Of a DNA stretch of 58,648 nt, positions 28,129-42,418 are shown one piece after another. The stretch comes from Chromera velia (taxonomy: Eukaryota). Below the pieces are notes generated by a model. The model saw only the letters and a program-made list of their open reading frames with translations. It had not been told where the DNA came from and did no database searches. Within the stretch, counting starts at the first letter, position 1. Each line of letters opens with the position of its first letter. The translations under genes were made by a program, and so were the position numbers. Where the stretch lies: NCBI GenBank assembly GCA_018398765.1, contig JAHBMJ010000048.1:1-58648 (forward strand), given 5' to 3'.

Positions 28129-29153
28129 AGTGAGTGTGCATCTGTATGGCCCAACGTGCAAGTAAGTTCACACAGACGTCATTTGCTGTCGAGGATCCTG
28201 CTGCCACATGATGGAGAAAAACAGGAATGAAAAGACAAAAAGAAGCGATTTCAAAAGCAGACATGTGCGCATGCTAGTTGTAATTCAGATGTACGTGTAT
28301 GTGACCGTCACGGGAGAAGAGGGGTTCTAGACTCTCGGTTAGTAGATTGTTTCTTCACGCAGAGTATCCTTCCCTCATCCCCGCTTTGGACTGTGTAGGG
28401 TTGTGAAGAAGAGACAGACACAGTGCAAAAAAATGGATCAGGACCCAGACAAAGAAAGCAGCTAGAATTGATACGAGGAGATGCGGCGAAGACAAACGAC
28501 CAGTCTGTCCAACCTCATTTTGCGAGTCGCGCTTAGCGCTGAGTACGAATTATGATCCTCTTTATCAGATTACCAGTCGCATGGAGCAAAAAGGAACTGA
28601 AGCTGCCCCCCCCACAAGTTGCCGACTGACCGTTTCTTAAAGAATACAAGGAGCTCCTCGGTCAAGCAGAGCGCCTCCCATCCGACCACCCGGGCCAAGG
28701 TAAGGCAAGAAGGTCCCTTGCAGATGAAGACAGCGAGGCTCGCGGTCTCACAGATGCCGGCAGCCAAGATGAGGAGGCCAAAAAAGCTCTTACACGACTG
28801 CACGCACTCGCACACAGAAGCACATATCTCTAACATAAAGCTGCATGCACTCGATCCGATTGAGAAAAAGAAATGGATGTCACGGTCATTTGTGGATAAG
28901 CAAACATGATGTCTGTCTGCAGTCTCTGACCTACACTCATGCGTGCGTATGCAGCTGTGTCTGCATGTAGGTTCTCTTCTCCGCCTCTCATCTTTAATTG
29001 TCAAATCGTACTTGTTGCCTTACCCACCTGTCTGAAAGGCCACACCGAGCATGCTGAGAGCCGGCGGCCGGCGTGGATCACCAAGAGGAGCGCGACCATG
29101 CCCTTCCAGCACAACATTGACTTTCTTTCTGCAGTTTGAAATTCTGTGCTGTG

Positions 29154-30555
29154 TCATGCTGCCCAGCAGAAGCGGCTGCAAGTACGGCTCTGCAGAAACC
29201 TGTAGAAGCGGAGGCTCGGCAGAAACGTTTCATCCGCTTCTGCGATCGCTTGAGTTGTCAGTAGAGAGAGCGCAAGGCCGTCGTAGGGCTCAATTCCCCC
29301 ACTAACTCCATCACTACCGACGAGACCCCAGAGCACGCAGATCAATGTCGGAAGAAACATTGTCGGCGTCTTCAGAACGGAGTCGCACATTGTGAACAGG
29401 CGAGTTCGGAGACGCGTCGGGAGAGCGTGTGAGCGGCAGATCAGCTGCAATGGACCACCGAAAAGCAGAAAGCACAGCCAGACGATGGAGTAGTAGTCGA
29501 AAGTCAGAACACCTTGAAGTGCACCCAGGACCTGCTCCATTCCACTTGTGTGGACGAGAATTGGTAGGGAGAGGACCAGCGTGGTTACCAGTTTCCCCAT
29601 GAACACTGCCTTCAGGAGAGCGCACCTCCGCGACAGCCTGTCCGTTCTCCTGCATCCTCCAGCAGACCTGCAGTTGCTCTGCGGCTAGATTCCCGGCCAC
29701 ACAGGTGGGCAGTCCCGTCAGTGCGTTGAGTGTCTCGCTCTGGCGCTGCTTCCCGTACGTTTCAGCTGAAATAGGGCCAGCAAACGAGGGAGCAGGCGGA
29801 GGCTCTGCATCGGCAGGGAGCCACATGTGTTCGATCTCCTGAGGGCCCTGAGCGTCACCCCCCTCCTCTGTACTGTGGTCTCTGCCCGTGAAGTGCAGAC
29901 AACAGAGAACCAGACTGTCAATGAAGCAGCGAAGCAAGAAAAGGAGACCTGCCCAGCATGCTTCCAGCAAACTGCGCACCCCGTATACACCGATGGCTAC
30001 TTGGTACATGATCGCAAAGATCAAGGAGGCCAGCAACCAAGAGACCAGCAAGTCGCTAGCTTTGCAAAAAGCCGCAGTCCTGCCTACCTGCCCATTGTCG
30101 TCCCGCATGCACTCTTCCGTCAGCGATGTCAATATGTTGCTCTGGATCTTCAGGTCGTCAGCAGTGTCTGCCACCGCCCTGCAGATCTCTTCCACCTCTC
30201 CTCCCGAGAACACTTTCAAGCGCGAAAAGCAGAGCGCCGGTGTTTGGGCCAGCTCCTCTTTTGCTGCATTGAGTCGTTTCTGTTTTTCGTCACTGCCCCC
30301 CCTGTCCGGGTGGTATTGGACAGAGAGACGTCTGTAGACGCGAGAGAGTGTCTTAGGAAAGTTGGAGCTCCCCACCAGACTGCCTTCCTCAATCATCCCA
30401 AAGAATACCAGGTGTGCAAACAGGTGCAAGAAGACGAGCACGAAAACGTGCCTTGACTTGAAGCAGTGCACCAAAGACAGCAAGGCAAAGACCTGAGCGG
30501 TGTTGCGCAGAAAAGCGAACCCGTGCAACACGAACAGCTCCTCTGCGTCGTCCAT
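29154..30555 (-). CDS. Membrane protein with a short J-domain (HPD); 3' structure uncertain, possibly degenerate
   Basis: KTLSRVYRRLSVQYHPDRGGSDEKQKRLNAAKEEL at ~30247-30354 between hydrophobic segments. The hydrophobic frame switches near 29610-29670 (short intron or frameshift). Confidence 0.6.
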
Positions 30556-30779
30556 TTTGAAGCCAAGCCCGGATACAAAAGAAGACAGCAAGTCACCAGA
30601 GGTTCTCCTGTTTTAATGGTGAGTATATATTTGCGAGCCTTGGTGCACAGAATCCCATGAACCATTGATCTTATTCCCTTAATATACGTACATATATTTG
30701 ATAGGCCCTGGCCCTTGCATGAATTGTGACCATAGATCGAGTCGGTACTGCATGCATGCATGTGATATCTGTGTGAGTT

Positions 30780-31620
30780 TGTGTTTTTTTTCTCTTAATT
30801 GCATGAATTAATTCGATTTTTTTTTTCTTTTGAAATTAGTTAATTGTTTTTGTCAAAAAAAAAAAATCTGAGAGTGGTCTAGGCGCTCTCATCGCGCGCA
30901 CGCGTCGACGACGACGCAAAATGTGAGAGCAAAGTGTGGCAAACTATAAACTATAAGCTGTTGATGTCTATGCAAGTCAGTGTGTGTCCCGACACTTTTC
31001 GTGTGTCACGGTGTGTGTCGGCATTAGTCGGCATGTGTATGTGTGTAGTTACCGGGAGGGTTGGCAGTCTATTTACAGAAAGTGAGAGTATTCTGCAATG
31101 AATCTACACGTATATAGGGCCCGGAGTCACAATCACAAGGATTTACTGATGTCAATTCAAAGAGCTCTGCTAATAAAAGAAGTGCTGCATCAAGTATTCA
31201 ATGCCATTACGTTGATTTTTTTAATTGCACTGTGTGACACTATATTTTACTTAATTAATTCTGCTCTAACATGATATCATTTTTTTTTTCCTTTTTAAAA
31301 AACGCTACATAGAAACGTTTTAAAACACTTATTATATTAAGCACTATTTTTTACAAAAAAAAATTTAAAAAAAGAAAAATGTGTTCTTTTTTGGTACTAG
31401 TAGAATAGTGTAAAATTATGCTGGGAATAGTGAGATTTTACTAGTAGAATAGTGAGAATAGTAAGATATTCTCACTATTGCAACTATTCCACTCAAACCT
31501 TTAGCCCACAGATCACTATATTTTGACAAACATTTTGATAAGTTTAAAACTCATACGCATCTAGGTAGTATACATGCAAAAACTGGTCTCGGGTACTCAT
31601 ATATATACATTACCACTCTC
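30780..31620. other. AT-rich block with GAATAGTG/CACTATT repeats, probable decayed DNA-transposon end
   Basis: Repeated short motif in both orientations at ~31400-31520; no TSD resolved. Confidence 0.35.
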
Positions 31621-33465
31621 AAAGTTGCGCGCATGTATAGATCGATCGATATTCATGCAGGATGATGCGATGTCCACGCACTAAATTGACATGCAACCAA
31701 GGCATGCCGGACCGCCAGGGCCGTCAGACCCTTTGTCAGACCTTCGATACAATCCAATGAGAAAATACGAGCTTCGTACCGCTGTGTGCCTCAGTCTCAA
31801 TCTGACAAAAGTCCACTCGAGTGAATTGTCTTTTTTGAATTGTTTATCGAACCCCATCCAGCTTGATGGTCCAAGGGGGTGATTGAGCAAAACAAATTCA
31901 GGCACGAGTGCGCCCTTCCGGGAGCGAGCCTGCAGACCGCAACAATGCATCACTCACCACGCAAACCGACTTCTTAAGTGCTTGAAGCCAGCCCGTCCCC
32001 CTTCCCTCCCCCCCGGGATCTCTGGCTTTGTCTTTACTTTCTTTCTTTCTTTCTTTCTTCCTTTCTTTTTGTGCCTCCCTTTTTTCACAAAACTCTCTCT
32101 TGTCTTCATTTTTTTGACATCCATCAAGCCGCTGCAGCGTCAGCATACAGCCAGGCGAAGAGAAATAATTTGAATGTTTCCCTTCCTCCTCTCTCGAGAG
32201 ACCGATCTCGACTCAACCTCCTCTTTGCTCTCTTCCTGCCAAATTGCTGCGCTACAACCAAGGCCAGAAGCCTGCCCAACCACCCACGGGCCCCTTAAGT
32301 GCATTCCACAGCGCCAAAAAGCGCCGTGTGTGCGTGCGGGGATCCTCCCTGTCCTCTCTGTCTGTGCACGTACGTACGAAGTCTTGTGACTCTCTTGAAA
32401 ATCCGACCATCCCTCCTCCCTGCCGGGCTGCTTTTCTGCTTCCCCTGGAGTGTTCTGAGTCTGTCCTGGTCTGTCCGTCAGACAGACAGGAAGCAAAGTT
32501 TTCCTCAACTCTCGACTGACCACTTCAATCGGTCTCGATGTTTCTCTTTTGTCCGCCTTTTTCTTTGTGATCATCCACTCTCAGTTCGTTCTCTTTTCTT
32601 TCCCCTGCGACCAAGCAGAAGCAGCCTTGAGAGAGAAAGTCCTTCTTTATTCTTGTGTTTCAGGCAGACGCAGGGGGGCCCTTTAAGTCGTCTCTCTGGC
32701 TTATGTCCCGACTTCTTCTTCTGTTTTTTTTGCCCTCCCTTCCCTTCTTTCACCTTCCTCCACGCAACTGCGACAGCTGCACACACACGCACCCATCTCT
32801 CTCTGGCTGGCGATACTCTCCTCTCCTGTTTTCTAGTTTCGTCTGCAGGGTTCTACTTACGTCTTTGCATGCCCTCGCCAGTGGGATGTACGTAGAAACA
32901 GACGAAATGTCAAGAAGTGGAAGGACACACGTAGAGGGAATCGATCGATTTTAATCAAGGATGAATACATATGACGGACATCCAGCTAGAGACAGTAGAG
33001 TGCAGAATTCTTTCGTTCCTTCTCTCGTTGTCACGTGAGCAGCCTAGTGTAGTGTGTAGCTGTGTTGCCCAGTGCTTCCTTATGCCCTCATGCACCCTGC
33101 TGCAGATTGCCCTGTCTGCCTGCTCCATTCAATTCATTGATTTTTCCGAACACCCCAAACCCGCCTTATTTGAGTGAGTGCGACCGGAAGCTAGAGCGTG
33201 ACTGACTGAAGAGAATAAATTAAGAACGAAAGAGAGAAGAAAACGAAACGAAGAAAGAAAGAGAAAAGGACGAAAGAGACAATAGAGAAGAAAGAAAAAG
33301 GGAGATTCAAGCAGAGGACGAAGAAGGACGAGTACAAGTAGAAGCAGAAGAAAGAAATTAAATACAAATTGATCTGCATTCTTTCCAATGGAAAAAATCA
33401 ATCCCGTCCTTCAATCCATCCTTCCTTCCTTCCATTCGTCCCCTTTCTTCTGTCCTTTCAGTCAA

Positions 33466-34498
33466 TCACACCCGCGGAGAGGCGAGGCCCCCCTGAGAGG
33501 GCCCAGGAGATCCTGAATTGACGAACGCAGGGCCCACCTGCGTCCGTGCATGGGTGCAATCAGAGGAAGGACGCTGGGATTTTCTTCTTGCAGATGGTTT
33601 TAGAAGACTCCCTCTCTCTGTTTGTGCGTGTGCACGTGTGTATTGAAAAGTGTGTCTGTCTGTTTGTGGGGCGGAGACCCTCGAAGATGATTGCAAGTGC
33701 CGGCGGTTTCTTCTGTTCCTGGTCTCTACAATGGACATTCAGCTAGTGAGCCTCTCAATTTCCTTTTGCTTGGGGGAGAAGGCACGCCTCCGCAGACTTC
33801 TCTTTCCCTGTTTTTCTTCCTCAAGTGTACTTGCTGCCTGATCGCAGGTGCTTCTTTGCCTTCGCCGCACTTTCAAAAGGGACTTTCTCGTTTTTCTGCA
33901 TGGCTGCCGGTGTGTATAAGCTATCAGCTGAAACTTTGACCGAGTAATGGACTGACTGAGTAGCTGACTGACTAACTGACTAAGTGACTCACTGACTGAC
34001 TGACTGACTGACTGACCAAAGAGAGAATCTCGGTCAAGTTTTCCACCCAGTGCTGTCTCTCTCCAGGCGACTGGGCCCGCAGCTGCCAAATCCTGCAACC
34101 ACAAATTGAAGGGCACTTACATGCACCTTCCCATCCTCTGACGAACGCAGTCACTTCGCTCCTCTCTAGACCCTACATGCAGACGCCAAAAAGACGTGCA
34201 TGCACGCAAGCATTCAGAATTCAGACTGCACGCAAAACGTCCGTATATCTGACCAGCCTAGACTCCAGTCGGCTCAGTTGATCCACCTTTACAGGTCGAT
34301 GAGCTGCGCTGTCTACCCGTGAAAACGGGTCCTCAAAATACAGGAAGTGTCTCCTTTGTCCTTCAACTAAAAACAGGCAAGGAACAGGCTTGCTTGCACA
34401 AGAGGAAAGTGTTATGAATTGTAGATTCATTTGTGCACCTCCAGCCACCCCCGCCCCCTCAGGCTTTCACGCACACACACGCACACACACACACACAT

Positions 34499-34530
<32 letters not shown>

Positions 34531-34699
34531 GTTCACTGACTCACGCACTCACTTCTCTTGTGTTTTCTGTCCACTCAGACCGTCTTCCCGAGAGAGCAGG
34601 AAGAACAAGAGAGCGTCCTTCGGGTCACCCCACACACGAGTCACCTGAGAGGAATAAAACAAATTATCAAGAGGTGGACAAGAGAGCACCGAAGAAAAA

Positions 34700-34731
<32 letters not shown>

Positions 34732-36439
34732 ATAATGCAACAAAAAAACTTGATTGCAAAATCATCTCCCATCCGAACAAATCGAAAAAGCTTTTCCCAC
34801 TGTGAAAACGCCCCGTCAAAGATCCACGCGCGAGCATTCGACATGAAGCAGATGTCATCATTGGCTGTCACTCTCAGGAGCAACCTCTCACCCACAGACC
34901 CACGCACTCACTCGCGTACTCACCTGATCGAGTGGGATGCCGGGGGCTCCACTGGCCTCTCCCCCTTCCGTGCCCTCCGAGTCGTGTCTGGACGCAGGGG
35001 AAGGCTCGTCGGAGTAGGCTCTGTTGAACTCCTGAGATAGCTCTCTCTGCTTTTCCGCAAACCGAGCTCTCTCGGCGTCCACCTTGGACTTCACCCAGCG
35101 CAAAGCAGACAGGTCTTGCGAAATGAAAAAGTAACGACGATGCCATCCCCCCCCTGCAGATAAATGCATGACGGTATTGATTCGTGGGACTGAACAAACA
35201 ACCCTACGGAGGCAGAAGCACGGAGGGCAGAGGAGAGAGGTGAAGAGAGATGAGCGGGGGAGGTAGAGCTGCAAGAAAAAGCGGTAGACCAGCAACCATC
35301 CTCTGGTGAGAAAACGAAACTGCGACTCTGGATGTCAAATTTTCTCCTCACATCCTTTCATCTCCCAACACAGCCACACAGAAATAAACAAACAAACAAA
35401 GAAACAAACAAACAAACAAAATGGGCCTACAGGGTATAATACTCCCAATTGAGCTGTCGCCCTTGCGTGGTCGGGGTTTCTCCAAGAGCCCTGATGTTTC
35501 ACACACACACACACACACCCATACATGTTTATTATGTTCCAAAAATATCATTGCCTTAGGCTCCAACCGTTCCATTATCTGGGAGACGATGACGAGCTTT
35601 CGGACAGACATTCCGTCCTTCGTCTTCGAGGCCTTAACAGCAATTCTATGTGGAGTCTCACAGAAGAAAGAAAGATAAGGTATCCATGCACAGAGAGGCT
35701 TGACACTCTCGATTGCCCAGAGTCAATGAAATCATCCGAAGAGCTTGCTCGTTTCGCTTTTCAGCTTTGCAGGCAGAGGACCAGATCGATCGGTACTTTG
35801 CATCATCAATTCTGGCCATCTTCATTCACTCATCCATTCATTCATTCATTCTTTCTTTCTTTTTTTGTTTCTTTCTTTCTTTCTTCCTTCCTTCCTTCCT
35901 TCCTTCGATTCATTCAATATTTTGATTTGCTCTCTTTGTTTTAATCGAAAGTCGTATCTGGTGCTCGGTCTGGTTACGATCCCCGAAGAAAGTAAGTAAG
36001 GGAGGAAGGAAGGGAGGAGGGAAGGAAGGACGGTGGACCTTTGAGCTTGGACGCGATGTCAGCAGCCCTGCGGCGTTTCGCTTCCTTCGCCCCTGTCGGT
36101 GCCTGGAGAGCCTGCAGTCATAAGTGAGTGAGTGAGGGAAAGAAAACCGGGAAGGTATGCAAGCAGAGTCAAAACACATGGCGATGCTGCATGCCAATCA
36201 GGACACATACAGAGAAAAGGGGGGCACCGACAAACTGTCATTCTGACCTTCTGACTTACTGACTGACTGACCATGATTCCTGTCTGGAGTCCCTCAAAGC
36301 CCCCGAGAGGCTTCAACATGGCGCGCCGGCCTGTAGGCAGTGACAGGGACAGAGGAAAGAGAAGCCGGGACGTATACGCAGGATGCTTTACGAACCGTCT
36401 TTTCACACATACACCCACACACACACACGCGCGCGCGCG

Positions 36440-36482
<43 letters not shown>

Positions 36483-37823
36483 TGACCCTTGGAAGGCGAC
36501 TCCCCAGTGTCAGACGAATCTGCCCCTTCCCCCAGAGAGTCCTGTTGTGACCAGGTGGTCTTCCACTCTCCCTGGAGAGGCTCGACAGGTTTGGCAGTGG
36601 TGGAGGGCGGAGAGCCGTCCGGGAAGAACTGTCTGTCTTTCTTGGGGCTCTTGGCCTTGCTGGCAGGGGCGCTGCTGGCGCTGCTGCCGGAGAGTTCATT
36701 GTCGTCCTCGATGCGGTCCCCGTTCTCGTCGTACCTCTGCGATCGTGGAGGCAGTCAAACGATGCGTGCGACATTGCGACCGAAAGACAGACGCATAGAA
36801 TAGGAACTGAAACAGAAACAAAAACGCCGAAGCCAATAAGGTATTTGGATAAAAAGCGGCAAGAAGGAAAGAGACAGGTGAACAGGGGGTAAGGGTAGCG
36901 GAATGCAATGAGGCAGGAGATAGATCGGTAAGTAAATGGGTCGACAGGTAGATCGATGAATACAGCCAGACAACGTGAAGGAGAAGGAGAAGAAAAAAAA
37001 AAAAGAAAAAAAGATCACAACAAAGGAAAAGAAGAGACGGGACTGGGAAACGACAGAGGCACTCCCGGGGAGGTCGAATCAGGACAGAAACGCAGTGTCC
37101 AAAACTGACAGCTTTCTTCTTTGTGTAGGCGAATTCCTTTGCTGAGCTGTCCTCTCCTATCGCAGGCATTCGTGATCCTCGTTGCTGTTGTCTGCTCCTT
37201 GCTCCTTCTGCACTCCTGTACGATGTGGGTGAGGGTGATCTCTCTTTTGTCGGTGCACTCTCGGCCACACTTTGGGGCGTGGTGGTCGACAGAGAGCTCT
37301 TTTGAGACCACCTTCGCCCCCACTTGTCTGTCCTTGAGGAGCCTCCTTCCTTATCTTTAGAACCATAAGGAGACTTGTCATTCTTTAACCTTCTTTTACC
37401 GATTGGTAGAGCCAGGTCTACCGGTCTCTCTACGTCTGTACCCTCAGATTCGCTGCTCCTTTCCAGGTCAGACATCCCATAGACCCCAGGATCGTGTGCT
37501 ATGAGGGCCAAGTCCGCTGGGAGCATTCTCTTCCCGCCGCCTCCTGGGGCCTTTCTGTCTGTGCAATTGCAGGACATCAAAAGATCCCCCAGGTTGTATG
37601 CAAAGCTGCACAGAGGGAGAGGGAGAGGGAGCAGGGGAGAAGTGAGGGAGAAGCATACACAGTGGCATTCGGAGACAGTCTGTCTGAAGATGCAGATGAC
37701 TACTCACTCTTGGATGTGCTCCAGAAGGGAGGGTCCCTCTTCGTCTACATCGTCGAAGCCTGTAGTGTCCCCTCCCTTGGCTCCTTTTCCCCTTGGGGGG
37801 GATCTCTTCTGCCTCCTGCTCAT
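33466..37823 (-). CDS. Multi-exon protein with disordered N-terminus and a C-terminal PH domain interrupted by insertions
   Basis: ATG at 37823; in-phase exons 37708..37823, 37110..37605, 36487..36736 and others. PH pieces GGWHRRYFFISQDLSALRWVK, GIPLDQ|VTRVWGD and WQLRAQSPGERQHWVENLTEIL. Some internal exon borders are unresolved. Confidence 0.7.
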
Positions 37824-38667
37824 CGACCCTCACTGTCACTCGACTCAATCGCTCCTTCAGTCTTGTCGCATTTTCGAGACGAGCTTCGAACGGCCGGAAA
37901 CGCAGCAAGGGGTGTTCCGGTTATCCACACCGCACTTTGAGGAAGACCGGGGAAGGAACTGCACTTTTGTTGCTCCTGTATGCACTTGTGTCACTCTTCT
38001 TCGGATCTAATCGAGATCAGCATGACTGCATCGTAGAAAAGAAGTCGATCTGCATGCGATTTCTCCATTGCATGCATGATTTGCAATTAAGAAGACTGCA
38101 TGCATGCGTGCTCGGAGGGCAGTCCCGCTCCATGCACTTTAAGGGCCCCAGAAATATTTTTTCGCGCGGCTCATTTCATGCATGATCGAGCGGATCGATC
38201 GACCAATTTGATCGTGAATTAATGCACCGCGATAGTCGAGGAACTCACCTTTTTGAGGGTGTATCGCTCAATCGGGCCCACCATCGAGCGCCGGGCCCGC
38301 TGCAGAAGGTGCCTGCCGTATATATATGGTTGCCGGGGTCTTTTCTTAGTGCAACACAAACGTGCATGCATCATTGAGTGCATGGCATCAACTTCGATCC
38401 ACTAAAGACGTGATTAAGCAGGTGAATTGGTGCAGACTCTGCAGAGTGGAGCATGCACGTCTTTTGTCCATACCACACTGTCGCATTTGTCCACGCCTAG
38501 AGGCATAAGCAGTAAAACATACAAAAGTCTTGTGAGCAGTACGATTTTCTGCAAAGATCCTTCAAGACAACAGTCATACACCTGTTGCTTGAAAACCGCG
38601 GCGCCAGCTGACTCTCCGACTTCCTCCCCTACAGAATGGTCCGTCTACCACACTCTTAGACTACGCA

Positions 38668-39280
38668 ATGAAGCACGGGAGGACAGTGAAGCCGGTCAAG
38701 TACCACAAGGGGGGCGAGGTGCACTGGAGTGGTGCTTTTCTCATTGCTTTCACGCTAGGAGGAATCGTCGCAGCATTGCACTCCATCTTCCACGTTCCAG
38801 AGAAGGGAGGACAGGCGTTGGCCTCAGTGAAGGGCTTCAGCGAAGATGCCGTCAGGGAGGTAGTGGACCACCAACCGGACCTCTTTGCGGAGGACGAAGG
38901 TACGTGTGCATTCGTACATAAGACCTGTATGCAACACATGTGCAACACAGGGCCAAAAAGAAGCAACGATTGCTTTCCCCACCTTTGTGCATCTTTCTGC
39001 AGAGCAAGCAGCGCCACGTCGGCGTCTGGAGCTGACGTTTAACATTGAGCAGATCAAGGCCGTGCTGAAAGAAGACATCCAGGGGTTGTCTTCCGTCCAG
39101 CAGTTTTTGTTCGATCCAAGGGCGTTTGAGGTCACCCCCGACATCACCCCAGCAGACCAAACGGCTGATTCGTTTTACTTCTTCTTCTGTTTCTGTTTTG
39201 TCGTCGGGGGTATCGGTCTGTTCATTTACCTCTGCACAGTGCGGGACTACGACTCTGTGGTTTGCATCGAGCACGATTAA
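38668..39280 (+). CDS. Hypothetical two-transmembrane protein, 169 aa, join(38668..38899,39003..39280)
   Basis: A GTACGT...CTGCAG intron joins two track ORFs in phase (510 nt). Hydrophobic segments AFLIAFTLGGIVAAL and FYFFFCFCFVVGGIGLFIYL. Confidence 0.75.
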
Positions 39281-40139
39281 CTGTCAGAGCAAACTTTTGG
39301 AAGTGTAACAACAGAAGTAGTACGTCAGTGGACATCCCCAGATGTCTCGCCTCGGATTCTCAACACCAGGGGGCCAGGTTTTGTACCACGGGCTATCACG
39401 AACCTCTTTGTACCCATATGAATTTTGTTTAGAGAGATCTCTTGGCGACTTAATTCCGTTTCTAGAATTCGCCTTGGGATTCCGCCGTTTGGTTTGAAAT
39501 CCTTTGATGAACCTGCTTAAAGTCTCCACTGTTAATTTGACAACGCAGAAACAGACACAATAACATACTAGAAGGCCAAACCGGCCTTGGTGTCCTTTCT
39601 GCCCACCTGACACGTCCTTCTTCGCCGCCCAATTTCTCCCCGTTCCGCTCTTCCCGCCCCGTGCTTGCACGTTCTCCTCCTGTTTTTCTCTCTTGCTTTC
39701 TCTTCCCGACTCTTTCCCCCCTTTGTCGTCTTTTTGTCCATATACCGTCTCCACTTCCTTTTGTACATGCACGTCCCTCAGTCTGCACAAACGGACGCAC
39801 ACGAGAGAGGACATTAATTGTGTCCGACAAAATAATGGAGGCAGAAGGCCACGTCGGCCAGGAGAATGGACGAAAGGCAGCTAGGGGGACAGAGAGCCTG
39901 AGACACAGAGACAAACAGAAAGACTGGCAAACAAAGATGCAAGCAGGAACCTAGGCAGGAACAGACAACAAAAAAAACGTAGGGCGTCAAACGGTCGGAC
40001 ATACAGACAGACAGATAGACAGACAAATCGACAGACAGGCAGGCATGCATGGAACATGCAGGCGGACAAACAGATAGACCGAGACAGTTTAACCGAAAGG
40101 CAAAAACAAAATCACCCACCATGCAAAGAGATAGACATG

Positions 40140-40930
40140 CTAAGATGCGTAGGTTTGATATCCTATATAGCTGCTATGATATATGCAATTACGATATATG
40201 TTTTTGGCAGTAATTAAAAAATTAAGTTCGGTTGCACGGGGCTGTCCACAACTGGCCGGTCCGGCCCTCGACTTTAAAAGTTTAAATTATTTTTCTAGTT
40301 ATTTTTGGTATTGGGGCGGCCAGGAGGCCAGCCAGGAGGCCAATTCTCAGACAAAAATCTTAGACATATATTTTAGTAAACTTTGAATTCTTTAAGTTTT
40401 TTCGAATACCGGGTTTAATACCCATTTTTTTAAATTTTTTACAATTTATAAGTGTTAATTCAGCTTGCCAAAGTTGCCCCTAGCAGCTTACATAAACCGA
40501 GTGAAGGGTTTTAAATCATCATTAAGAGGCTGAGCCGCGTGAATTGGAGCCTAGATTGGAGTCATATAGTAAAATAATACATATATATATAAAATCTAAA
40601 AACTCCTAGAACAATCAGCAATATAATCAATAAAATACCATAAAACATTTATAAAAAAATCGAATCTTTAATCGGTGAAACAGTAAGCTATTTTCTAAAC
40701 TATATATCATTAAAGTTTTAATGATTGAACAATATCATTCTTTAAATTCTTGTTTAACTGTTTGAAGTCAGTATTAATTGAACTAGCAGCCATATAGATA
40801 CTAGATAGTAGTACCATAAAAGTTACGGTCAAACGCTTTTAACGTATCTGCAACTACTAACAGTAGGTCTGCAGACAGAAAAAACGGCGTTTAAAACGCA
40901 CGAATTCGGACACACTGCCGACTAACTTGA
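40140..40930. other. AT-rich block, probable decayed transposon DNA
   Basis: GC drop; GAGGCCAGCCAGGAGGCCAATT (~40324) recurs as GAGGCCAACTAGGAGGCCAATT (~17519). Confidence 0.4.
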
Positions 40931-42418
40931 CTCAATTGTTGACGGGTAAGATGCGAAAAACTCGGAAAAGACTAAGTCGACTTTGATCGACCGACCAAAG
41001 CCAGGAAGGACACACAGAGAAACCAGAAGGATTTCATTGATCATCACTGGCAGCGTAAGGACACACTCCAAGCCTGTAAAAGAAACCAGCCATACACGCA
41101 GCTGCGGATCGATCCATAATCGACCGACGCAACTTGAAACAATCATCATTCGCAGCGTCAAGATGCATAGAGCGCGGCTGTCAGCGTCTGACGTCTGCAG
41201 TACGTGACTCTCTGCACACCAAACCAACTAATGTCATGAAGTGGTTGCACACTCAAGTCCCCATACGATGCATGCTTGCTCGAGACTCGAGGCTGCGTTT
41301 CTTTCCTTCACGAACGTACACGTGCATGCACAGACTTGTCAGAAAGGAACACAGAAAGAGACCCAGTGACGGGCAACAGAAAAACAAATCGCAGAGCGGG
41401 GCAACGACGTCCATGCAGTTGCCGAGCTCGCTTCTTCTTTCCTTTGCCCATGCATCTACTGAAGAACCGCAACAGTCACGCACACATTCAGAAACACAGA
41501 GAGAGCCAAACAACCAGCCCCCCTTATCCTTCTTCCTCAGGTTCTTTCTGCATGTCCATCAGTCAGTGAATCAACTCATCATCTTCCCCCTTTGGATCGT
41601 CCGAGCACATCGCTGCAGTACGAGACAAAACAAAAGAAAAAGAAGCGGTCCGAGTCATCAGTCAGTCAGTCAGTTCACGAGAGAGACTCACTGATCGAAG
41701 GGCAGTTCCTTTCAGCCAGCCAGTGTCTCTCTCTCTCTCTCTCTTTTTGGGTTCTCTCTCTCTCTCTCTTTTTGTATTCTCTGTGTCTGTCTTTCCAGGA
41801 CCGATCGATAAAGGATGCGTATGCACCGACGTGCACGGGAGGGGATGTGAGCCTCTCTTTTTTCTTTCTTTCCACAATGCAGGCCATACACTTGAACCTC
41901 TCGACAAAAAGGATGCGCGTGCTCTCTCTTCCTCAACCACATCAATCGGCGAAGGCTTCTTTCTTTCTTTCTTTCTTTCTATTGTTACATTTCGTGTGTC
42001 GTCAGAGATGTGCTAACCGAACACTCAAACAAACACACGGACGCATTCCCTTCCTGCCAAGACTTTTGAGCTTTCTTCGCTCGATTGGGAGGACACTTTT
42101 CGTCCCTTTCTTGAGCTTGCATCAGAATCCGTTCAAGTCACCATTTCGATTTCTCTTCCTTTTGTCTTCCCATTTTCGTCAACTGTGACATTTGCTATGT
42201 CATTTCTTCTCTCTTAATTCATGTTCATTTTTACTCGGTTGTCTTTGGTTGGTACTCGCGTCAGAACTTGAAGAATAAAAAAGTAAGAAAGAAACTCATT
42301 GGGGCGACTCCCTACAGAAAAAGGACAAACAACAACCAGACAAAACGAAAGCAATCTATTCTTTCAACCGAAAAACAACAACAGCGCTACGCTCTCCCTC
42401 TTCTTGTTCGTGTCCAGC

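Noticed and set aside
26222..28760. Chain of exon-like minus-strand segments with splice signals
   Set aside because: No consistent open frame or recognisable protein could be assembled; needs RNA data.
31691..32954. Possible small spliced plus-strand gene
   Set aside because: Intron-like tracts are present but there is no convincing frame or domain.
39284..40122. Possible minus-strand gene fragment
   Set aside because: No clear start or homology; ORFs are partly repeat-derived.
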